Shown here: piece by piece, positions 15,765 through 22,684 of the stretch | Layout of the letters: every line of letters starts with the position of its first letter | Numbering within the stretch: the stretch's first letter is position 1 | Source of the DNA: Prevotella sp. | GTDB lineage: Bacteria > Bacteroidota > Bacteroidia > Bacteroidales > Dysgonomonadaceae | Reading direction: 5' to 3' | DNA: 22,684 bases | Assembly: GCA_031285625.1 (NCBI GenBank) | Contig: JAITVV010000041.1 | Coordinates: 1 to 22,684, forward strand | Notes under the pieces: model-generated | Seen by the model: only the letters and a program-made list of their open reading frames with translations | What the model was told of the DNA's origin: nothing | Databases searched by the model: none | Position numbers and translations under genes: made by a program

Positions 15765-16973
15765 TTATAGCAGGTACTTCATAGCTTCATCAATCTGACT
15801 ATTTTCAAAGCTATCTAAATATATCTGAGTGGTCTTTAAATCTGAATGCCCTAGAGTTTCTCCAATTAAGGCAATATTTACACCAGAGTTCTTTAATACT
15901 GTTGCATAACTATGTCTTGAAACATAGGTAGTGAGATTAACCTCAATACCTGTCATCTGTGATATTTTCTTTAAATACCTGTTCACTTTCAATATGACTT
16001 TCTTCTTCCTGTTATATTGCTGCATCTTGGTTTTATGTATAGTGTGATCCAGTATAGGAAAGATATATTCATTATTAGAATCAATATACATCTTCATTAT
16101 CTCTTTGGCTTCATCACAGATAGGTACATTTATTTTTCTGTGTGTTTTCTGCCTAATATACATAAGTCTGTCATTAGTTATATTATTGTGCTTCAAATTA
16201 GCCATATCAGAGAAACTAATACCACTGCATAAGTAGCTAAACACAAATAAATCTCTGCTGAGTTGGATATATTCCTTTTCTTTAGATAGGTCAAGATTCA
16301 TAATGAGCTTTACATTGTCTTTTGAGATAGCTCTTTTCTCAGTTCTTATGCTGAATTTGGAGATTTTGAAGTCATTGAAAGGGTATGTATCTCTTTTAGC
16401 ATATCTTCTCTCTATAGCCTTGTTATAGGTACTTCTCAGAGTTCTAAAAAATAGATTCATGGAGCTATCCTTACAATTTCTACTTCTTAACCACTTCTCA
16501 TAACCTAGCAAAAAGTTCATATCAATATCAGAGAAGGGAATATCTAATTTGCTCTTATAATAGGCTTCTAATGATCTCAGGGAGTCTTTATATACTCTTG
16601 AATTACCTATTTTATCAGATTGTTCCATTTCTTTTATTAGTTCTGTATAGAACTCATTTACACTCTTTAGCCTATGCTTTTCTTTGGGCTTAATTAATGT
16701 TGAGGCTGTAAATTCCTTCTCTTCTGCTTTTAGTTCTAATATCTTCTTTTGAAGCTCTGCTTTTCTATCAATGATTATCTTTTCAATATAATCTCTGTTA
16801 GGACAATTTGTTTTAGGCTGATTCTTGCTAAAATCCCAAAATGTCGGATTTATGGATATGCCTAAACTTTTGTACCTAGTTTTTCTGTCCTTACATATTC
16901 TAATCATTATAGGACTTTCTCCATTTGATAACTTTTTCCCTCTAAAACAAATTACATTTACTGTTGTACTCAT
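15765..16973 (-). CDS. int: Tyrosine integrase, Bacteroidetes IntDOT-like
   Basis: Arm-binding N-terminus (NGESPIMIRI...YKSLG), SAM-like domain and catalytic GISFSD / RQKT / YVSRHSYA / LGHSDLKTTQIY. Adjacent to attR. Confidence 0.95.
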   Translation of the reverse strand: MSTTVNVICFRGKKLSNGESPIMIRICKDRKTRYKSLGISINPTFWDFSKNQPKTNCPNRDYIEKIIIDRKAELQKKILELKAEEKEFTASTLIKPKEKHRLKSVNEFYTELIKEMEQSDKIGNSRVYKDSLRSLEAYYKSKLDIPFSDIDMNFLLGYEKWLRSRNCKDSSMNLFFRTLRSTYNKAIERRYAKRDTYPFNDFKISKFSIRTEKRAISKDNVKLIMNLDLSKEKEYIQLSRDLFVFSYLCSGISFSDMANLKHNNITNDRLMYIRQKTHRKINVPICDEAKEIMKMYIDSNNEYIFPILDHTIHKTKMQQYNRKKKVILKVNRYLKKISQMTGIEVNLTTYVSRHSYATVLKNSGVNIALIGETLGHSDLKTTQIYLDSFENSQIDEAMKYLL

Positions 16974-16992
16974 GATTCATTTAGTTGAATCA

Positions 16993-17061
16993 TGGTTAAA
17001 ACACTGGTTAAAACAAAACACTTCAAACCCTTTATTCAAGCCATTTTCATGGTTCAAACAT
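16993..17061 (+). repeat. Putative integrase arm-type sites, right end
   Basis: TGGTTAAAACAC TGGTTAAAACAA (16993-17016) and TGGTTCAAACAT (17050-17061), in the same orientation as the left-end copies. Confidence 0.7.
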
Positions 17062-17220
17062 TTTACTGAAAAATCAATGCAATTTTCCTGCAATTTTAAT
17101 ATTGAAATGATAAACTTTTAATTTTACTGACTAAGACAAGTTATTCAAACTCCTTTTCTACAAAAGATTCTCTAAAGACTGTATTTTTACCACTCTGATA
17201 AACAACTATTTGCAAAATAC

Positions 17221-17352
17221 ATTAAAAAAATCTTCTCAAAGCTATTGCAGGATTCAAATCCTTATCCTATCTTTGCATCGCATTTGAGAGATAATGCAGC
17301 CTCAAAAAAAAACGGTGTGGTAGTTCAGCTGGTTAGAATACCTGCCTGTCAC
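17221..17352 (+). repeat. attR direct repeat (replacement tRNA promoter and 5' half)
   Basis: Near-identical to 5496-5625. The -7 box TATCTTTG is at 17268-17275. Confidence 0.95.
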
Positions 17353-17390
17353 GCAGGGGGTCGCGGGTTCGAGTCCCGTCCATACCGCCA
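17314..17390 (+). tRNA. trnD: tRNA-Asp(GTC)
   Basis: 77 nt. Acceptor GGTGTGG/CCATACC, anticodon stem CCTGC-CTGTCAC-GCAGG, T loop GTTCGAGTC and encoded CCA. Confidence 0.98.
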
Positions 17391-17395
17391 ATATT

Positions 17396-17436
17396 AAAAA
17401 CAACTCGTTGAAAATCAATGAGTTGTTTTTGCTTTT
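17396..17436 (+). terminator. Terminator after the tRNA containing an IHF-consensus site
   Basis: AAAAACAACTC..TTGA-aaa-TCAA..GAGTTGTTTTT hairpin. AATCAATGAGTTG at 17413-17425 fits WATCAANNNNTTR. Confidence 0.8.
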
Positions 17437-17444
17437 AGATGGGT

Positions 17445-17466
17445 TGTGTTGCATCTGTGTTGCACT
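17445..17466 (+). repeat. Putative arm-type sites of element 2
   Basis: Tandem TGTGTTGCATC TGTGTTGCACT. Confidence 0.55.
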
Positions 17467-17533
17467 TCTGAAAAAATATCGGTTTTGGGGGAATGAAAAT
17501 AACTATTGGGAAATAGTAGAAAATAAGGGAAAG

Positions 17534-18547
17534 TTATTTATATTCTCGCTGTAAATATTTCTCCACATAACGGCGAATAAAATGTTTAATATCTTTACTA
17601 AACATATACATCTCTTCTGATTTTCCAAATATTTCCCTATATATAGGGTGATCAAGCATTTTCAAAGTATTTTCAAAATTTTCCAATGACATCAACTTCT
17701 CAGTTTTAGTTTTAGATGATTTAAGTACTTTATATGTATCGAGTCCAATTTCATATATCCAAGGGAAATCATCTTTTAATAAGCTTATTATCATTAAAAA
17801 AGTTAAACTCGGATTTTCAAACTTCATTTCCATATGTATTATTTCTTCCAGCATCATAGGATGAAATTTTCTACGCCTTCTTATTTCAGGGTCATATAGC
17901 CTACTTTCAATTCGGGAAGGCAGAGCATCGATTTTGGATTTTAGTTCTTCAACAGTTTTAGATGACTGTATCCCCTTATCTATGTTTGAAACTGTAATTC
18001 TTAAATCAGAAATAGCTTCAACAATATCAGCCAAAGACCGTTCCTCAGCATCACCACTTTCCTTTAGCACTTTCAGGTCTAATGATACTGAAATAGGATT
18101 ATGAATTTCATTACTACCTGTTTCAATAGATTTTACTTGTGAGGCAATTTCTTCTTTTGCTGCCGCAACGCTATCTAAGTTGTGAAGATCAAATTGTATT
18201 ATTCTTGTTGCCGCGACATCAAAAGGGATGGCATCACCTTTTCTTATCATTTGGACAAGAGGTTTTCTTACCGCGTGTCTAACAGCTAATTCATAAAACA
18301 CATTTGGATTTCGTTCTGTTAAATCAGCAACAACAAGTTCCGCACTCACTATATATTCAATAATCTGTGTAGTAATAATGCCTGGTTCAGATATTTTATC
18401 AGCTCTAATCACTTCATATCCTAATTGTTTTACAGGTTCAGTAATTATGTGTTTTAATATCTGGTCGGAGCGTTCTCTTGTCTCGGAACCTTCCTCTCCT
18501 ATTGGAGATATAACAAAACAAATTTTCTTATCTTCTTTTTTAGCCAT
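17534..18547 (-). CDS. Nucleoside 2-deoxyribosyltransferase-like (TIR/NDT fold) domain protein with coiled coil and unknown C-terminal domain
   Basis: CFVISPIG...RAD...VVADLTERNPNVFYELAVRHA..KP...PFD pattern. Confidence 0.8.
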   Translation of the reverse strand: MAKKEDKKICFVISPIGEEGSETRERSDQILKHIITEPVKQLGYEVIRADKISEPGIITTQIIEYIVSAELVVADLTERNPNVFYELAVRHAVRKPLVQMIRKGDAIPFDVAATRIIQFDLHNLDSVAAAKEEIASQVKSIETGSNEIHNPISVSLDLKVLKESGDAEERSLADIVEAISDLRITVSNIDKGIQSSKTVEELKSKIDALPSRIESRLYDPEIRRRRKFHPMMLEEIIHMEMKFENPSLTFLMIISLLKDDFPWIYEIGLDTYKVLKSSKTKTEKLMSLENFENTLKMLDHPIYREIFGKSEEMYMFSKDIKHFIRRYVEKYLQREYK

Positions 18548-18566
18548 TGTTATTCAAATTATTAAT

Positions 18567-19443
18567 TCAAATTTTATCAAACCATTCAGGGTTTATCGTA
18601 ATCTCCTCGATCAATTCTGTTTTAACTCCAAGATTAAATTCTTTGAGTTTTTCACAAAGCAAATCTCCATCAATTAAATCAATCGGAGGTGCACCATCTC
18701 TTGACGCTTCCTTTATTGCATCACGTGTGAACTTTCCGGTAGTTATAAATATACCTTTGTCTGCACGCCCCCTGCATAGCACCTCTGAAATCTCGAATAT
18801 ATCCTGATGAAACAGAATCTTTAAACCTTTTACATTGAAAGAAAACATGAAAACTTAGAAAACCATTCAGTCTAACAATTCCTTTGCCATCAATGCCTCC
18901 ATCTCCAGATTTTCCCGTTACTTCAACTTGTACGAATCCACTTTCTCTTAAAATTCTCTGACTAAGCCTTTCAAAAGCAGAAGGATCTATATTTTGAATA
19001 ACTTTAAGAAGTTTATCTTTCCAATCTAATTTATCGGTTTCATTTTCGATAACTACTTCTAAGTTTTTACTCTGTATACCATTTTCTTCATTCGACAGAT
19101 AATTTTCAGTTCTAACAGTTTTAACAATATCATTAGAGCTAAAAGAATCTGGATTTATATCATTATCAATTAAAGCCCAAACAGCCCTTGATGAGTTTTC
19201 AACCAATCTATATTTTTTAAGATACGTTCTAGCCCATGCCAAACGATAATCAATCTCACTTTGTATACCGTCTTCTTTATGGGGAATGTTCAAAATATCC
19301 TCACTTATACTAGCTATTTGATAAACCTTTTCATTAATCTCTTCTATAGTACCAGAGCCATCTAGCTGTTTTAATGCTTTTAAAGTAGGGATAAGTAACT
19401 TGTCATAAGTTGGTACTTGATTGTGTATTTTCTTTTTTCCCAT
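18567..19443 (-). pseudogene. mrr: Mrr family type IV restriction endonuclease, +1 frameshift
   Basis: Mrr_N (YRLAWARTYLK) and Mrr_cat (SGDGGIDG...QCKR...FITT..F...IDLIDG) are split over two ORFs. Removing one G from the G5 run (18768-18772) restores AMQGRADKGIFITT and a 291-aa protein. Confidence 0.9.
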
Positions 19444-19515
19444 GTACTTGTATGTAAGATTTAAATTTCAGGCAATTTACGAATAAATTACTATAATTCT
19501 TTCTATTTTTGTTTT

Positions 19516-20265
19516 ATGTTAAATAAAATCAAATATAAGCTTAAATCAGTCGGCGTTTTTTTGATGGACAATCTCCATCAATCGCTCCATCTTGAATACA
19601 GGCTCCTGAAACGAGGCTACTTATTCTATCAGCATGAAGTAACCAAGCAGGACAAAACATTTGAATTGTATGTACGGGATTATTTGTCCGAAATACAAAA
19701 CTTCAATTACAAAACAGGAAAAGAACTATCAGAGAAAACACGTATACATGCAAGGGTATCTGATATATTTTCTCTTCGTCCTGATTTGATAAAACAATAT
19801 TTCAGCCAAAACGATTTTGTATTCACAGATTATCGAATTCTGACAAAGGAATATGACACTTCAATTATGGAAGAAGAGATAAGCCGACCATTGCCGGATA
19901 CAGAGGAAAATATAGTTGAACAACCGAGTTCTGACAACCTCGAAGAAAAATTAACCAAAGTCAGAGCAGAAATATTAAAATACGAATCAGGAGAGAAAAA
20001 GCCTAAACACATTGGGCAGCGAATATTCGGCTATTTGTTGAAAGCACATTATCTCAATGCTTACAACGATGAACAGCGTTTAGCTGAATGGCAAAAATTT
20101 ACAGGATTAGGGTCTAAACCGGAAATGAGTTACCTCCGAGAACCTGATTACAATAAAAACGAAACAAATAAAATAAATAAGCAACTTAAATCAATTGAGG
20201 AGTTCTTTTACCTAATTGGGTTAAACATTCCAATAGCTTATTCTGAGAAAGGAAAAAAGAAATAA
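19516..20265 (+). CDS. Hypothetical protein
   Basis: 249-aa ORF divergent from mrr. The start may be the Met at 19563-19565 region or later; no motif recognised. Confidence 0.65.
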   Translation: MLNKIKYKLKSVGVFLMDNLHQSLHLEYRLLKRGYLFYQHEVTKQDKTFELYVRDYLSEIQNFNYKTGKELSEKTRIHARVSDIFSLRPDLIKQYFSQNDFVFTDYRILTKEYDTSIMEEEISRPLPDTEENIVEQPSSDNLEEKLTKVRAEILKYESGEKKPKHIGQRIFGYLLKAHYLNAYNDEQRLAEWQKFTGLGSKPEMSYLREPDYNKNETNKINKQLKSIEEFFYLIGLNIPIAYSEKGKKK

Positions 20266-20286
20266 AATCAAAATATAAGAATTGAT

Positions 20287-20685
20287 ATGGAGATAAGAGA
20301 TTGGGTAACGATAGTCTCGGTTATAGCTATAGCTACTGGTTGGTTTATTAACAGTTGGCTTAATAGACGAAATGAGATAGCTAAAGAACGTCTTAAATAT
20401 AGAATGGACACATTAAAGTCAATTGTTATATTAAAGTCACAGATTGTCGAGGCATTACGTTTAGCATCTAATGATTTATCTTATAATTCATCTCATTTAA
20501 GTAAATTGACATATGATACAGTTGACCTAATCAATATATATGGAGAGAATGATGAAATAGAACTATGTGAGAAATTTATTCTTGCTCTTAATAACAGAGA
20601 TTATATTGCTTCTGAAGAAATTCTAAACAAATTCATTCATGTTGCTAGAGTAAAAATAAGAAAAGAATTAAAACTCTTAAGATAA
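20287..20685 (+). CDS. Hypothetical protein with an N-terminal membrane anchor
   Basis: Hydrophobic WVTIVSVIAIATGWFINSWL followed by a helical domain. Confidence 0.75.
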   Translation: MEIRDWVTIVSVIAIATGWFINSWLNRRNEIAKERLKYRMDTLKSIVILKSQIVEALRLASNDLSYNSSHLSKLTYDTVDLINIYGENDEIELCEKFILALNNRDYIASEEILNKFIHVARVKIRKELKLLR

Positions 20686-20706
20686 TAAAAGTTCATTGAT
20701 ATACAT

Positions 20707-20735
20707 AAAAAGCAGGCGGTTAGCCTGCTTTTTTT
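20707..20735 (+). terminator. Intrinsic (probably bidirectional) terminator
   Basis: AAAAAGCAGGC-ggtta-GCCTGCTTTTTTT. Confidence 0.88.
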
Positions 20736-20893
20736 ATGCCTATTTTCTTAAAATTCACTTTATTTTTCTATGATAAAAATAAAGGAAATATCGTAAAAAT
20801 ATCATATAATATCATTAATTATAACAAACTTTAGAAGTCTGGTTATCAATATTATATTCGCAGAAAAATTTGTAATTTCTAAATTCTTATTTT

Positions 20894-21175
20894 ATGCGAA
20901 ACAAAAATTATTTACGCTGGCATAAGCCAGAAGAAGAGGAAGTCAAAGATAACTCTTCCAAGAAAGAAATGTCGCCCATAGATAAGGCGATGAGTAATCT
21001 AATCAAGATGAAAGAGGCTGTAAAACTACTCAAAGCCTCAGCTCCCACAGTTCGCAAGTATGCCCGGCTCGGTTATTATAAAGAATACCGATTCGGCGAA
21101 AAACTTGTCTTTTACGACAAAGAAGAAATCTTAAACTTTATTCTAAACCGATTCAAAACCGCAGAAGATTCTTAA
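20894..21175 (+). CDS. Excisionase-like HTH_17/MerR-type DNA-binding protein
   Basis: MKEAVKLLKASAPTVRKYARLG....RFGEKLVFYDKEEI, located directly before VirE. Confidence 0.8.
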   Translation: MRNKNYLRWHKPEEEEVKDNSSKKEMSPIDKAMSNLIKMKEAVKLLKASAPTVRKYARLGYYKEYRFGEKLVFYDKEEILNFILNRFKTAEDS

Positions 21176-21179
21176 TCCC

Positions 21180-22384
21180 ATGAAAGAAAAAGCATCAGCC
21201 TCTACCCGCAGGTCGAAGAACGAGCGGATTGAAGAAGAGCTGCGGACACTCTACAACTTTCGGTTCAATACCGTAAAGAGCCGAACTGAGTACCGGGATA
21301 TCCATGCACAAGGGGAATTCAGGCCTGTAACCAAATACTTCCTGAATTCCCTCCGCAGGGAAATCGATGTACGCATTGGTATTACCACTTCAGCCGATAA
21401 TATCCGGGCTATCCTCGAAAGCAACTTTGCGGAAAAGATACATCCTATCCGGGAATATCTTTCTAGATTGCCTTTGCTGAATCCGTTGGACTTTGGTTAT
21501 ACTGAGCAACTCTTGCAAACCGTTGAAGTCTCCAATCCTGATAAATGGAACGAGTATCTGGTAAAGTGGCTGATCGGGGTTGTAGCTAATGCTATGAGTG
21601 ATGTCGGTTGCCAGAATCACACTTGTTTAGTACTGACAGGCGAACAGGGTAAATTCAAAACAACATGGCTTGACCATCTTTGCCCAACATCATTAAAAAG
21701 TTATCTGTTCACAGGGAAGATAGATCCGCAGGGAAAAGATGTATTGACCCTGATAGCCGAATATCTGTTTATCAATATTGACGACCAGTTACGCGCTTTA
21801 AACAAACGTGACGAGAACGAACTCAAAAACCTGATAACGACTCCGGCTGTCAAGTACCGCCGTCCATACGATACCTACATTGAAGAATACTCGCATCTGG
21901 CGAGCTTTATGGCATCGGTGAACGGCAACGATTTTCTGACTGATCCCACAGGGAGCAGGAGGTTTCTACCATTCGAGGTTATCCGTATTGATATCGACAA
22001 GGCTTTATCCATCAATATGGATCATGTTTTCTCTGAAATTATTTATACAAACAAAGTGTCCGCTATTGGTTTGACGACAAGGAGATAGAAGAATTACACA
22101 GGTTAAGTTCGGGCTTTCATGTGCAGACGGTAGAATATGAAATGCTGATGCAGGGTTTTGAAAAGCCGGATGATACGGACGATTCGTTTATGACAACGGC
22201 TCAGGTACTGAACTATCTTAGGATGTTCAGCTCTTTGCCCCTGTCAGAGAAACGGATGGGTGAAGCCATCCGGAAGGCTGGATTTATACGGACTCAGAAA
22301 CGGATTAACCGCAATCCCTCTCCTGTATATGGTTACCGGATAAAGAAGATTAAGCCGAATCCCTTTATCGACCACGAACTGTAA
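21180..22384 (+). pseudogene. VirE/VapE family P-loop ATPase (putative helicase), frameshifted
   Basis: Walker A LTGEQGKFKTTW, INIDD, RRPY and DPTGSRRF. Near 22041-22045 the frame shifts, and the alternate frame reads YKQSVRYWFDDKEIEELH straight into ORF 22121-22384. Confidence 0.85.
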
Positions 22385-22407
22385 TAAAGATGATTTATTC
22401 TTCTGCA

Positions 22408-22601
22408 TACTACCTTACTACATAACGGATAATCCTGTGAAAGGAAAAAGATTAGGTGTAGCAGGTAGCAAAAATATCATCTTACTCTCTTGTTACTACC
22501 TTACTACAATTACAAGGTATATAGTTACTACAATTTAGTATGGATACTACATATCTCAATCTGAAAATAAGCTACTTAAATCATTTGTAGTATGTAGTAA
22601 G
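22408..22601. repeat. TACTAC(A/C) iteron-like cluster, putative replication origin
   Basis: TACTACCTTACTACA (22408, 22494), TTACTACA (22525), TACTACA (~22545), and inverted copies TGTAGCAGGTAGCA (22457) and TGTAGTATGTAGTAA (~22587). Confidence 0.7.
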
Positions 22602-22631
22602 AAAAGTTCGGTAAAATTTAAAAACAAGATT

Positions 22632-22684
22632 ATGACAACATATAACGAAGCAAACAAAATAAGTATCAAAGCCTATCTGGCAAG
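22632..22684 (+). CDS. Start of a probable DNA primase (CHC2 zinc finger/toprim), partial
   Basis: MTTYNEANKISIKAYLA resembles the N-terminus of Bacteroidetes element primases and follows VirE and the repeats. Confidence 0.55.
   Translation, partial: MTTYNEANKISIKAYLA

Larger units (their letters stand above)
5496..17352 (-). mobile_element. Integrative element 1 (int + family-A-like polymerase + DUF3871 + cargo) in tRNA-Asp
   Basis: Bounded by the 130/132-bp direct repeat, integrase next to attR, arm-type repeats at both ends, all genes co-oriented, and distinct AT-rich CpG-poor composition. Confidence 0.92.
17391..22684. mobile_element. Integrative element 2 (partial; HTH-VirE-primase module with defence cargo)
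   Basis: Starts at the tRNA 3' end with an IHF-like site and tandem 11-mers, and carries an excisionase-like HTH, VirE, primase and Mrr. Its integrase and other att site would lie beyond the window. Confidence 0.75.

Noticed and set aside
16017-17121. Plus-strand ORFs 16017-16232 and 16825-17121 (possible excisionase?)
   Set aside because: Antisense to int. The WLK/WFK repeats in the second are just translations of the arm-site repeats, and neither has an HTH pattern.
5496-17352. Prophage or conjugative transposon
   Set aside because: No structural, packaging, lysis, relaxase or T4SS genes recognised.
18567-18848. 93-aa ORF as an independent gene
   Set aside because: It is the frameshifted C-terminus of Mrr. 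The same applies to 22121-22384 for VirE.
18378-21620. ORFs 18378-18677, 18547-18807, 19830-20012 and 21390-21620
   Set aside because: Antisense shadows of better-supported genes.
22408-22601. CRISPR array
   Set aside because: Repeats are 7-15 nt, irregularly spaced and in both orientations, and there are no cas genes in the window.

Overview
Bacteroidales-type DNA (TAnnTTTG -7 promoters, Bacteroidetes-type integrase, histone H1-like gene) in three blocks. (1) 1-5495 is a host region: a minus-strand sulfur/redox cluster (MarR, a multidomain CoA-disulfide/persulfide reductase with rhodanese, TusA and DsrE domains, two rhodaneses, a DsbA/FrnE protein) and a divergent histone H1-like gene. (2) 5496-17352 is a complete ~11.8 kb integrative element inserted in the anticodon loop of tRNA-Asp(GTC). 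It duplicates the tRNA promoter plus the 5' half (130/132 bp direct repeat), so the intact tRNA at 17314-17390 would run from element-supplied sequence. All its genes are on the minus strand: an IntDOT-like tyrosine integrase, a 531-aa minimal family-A (TV-Pol-like) polymerase, a structured intergenic region, a 90-aa protein, DUF3871, an HNH protein, a wHTH protein, a c4/CI-like antisense/attenuator RNA region and an ankyrin-led cargo operon. The element core is almost devoid of CpG. (3) 17391-22684 is the left part of a second element just 3' of the same tRNA: NDT-like protein, frameshifted Mrr, excisionase-like HTH, frameshifted VirE/VapE ATPase, iteron-like repeats and the start of a primase. 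The best candidate for an undescribed system is the polymerase-carrying, CpG-depleted, tRNA-5'-restoring element with its RNA switch. All family assignments come from motif recognition by eye, not from database searches.
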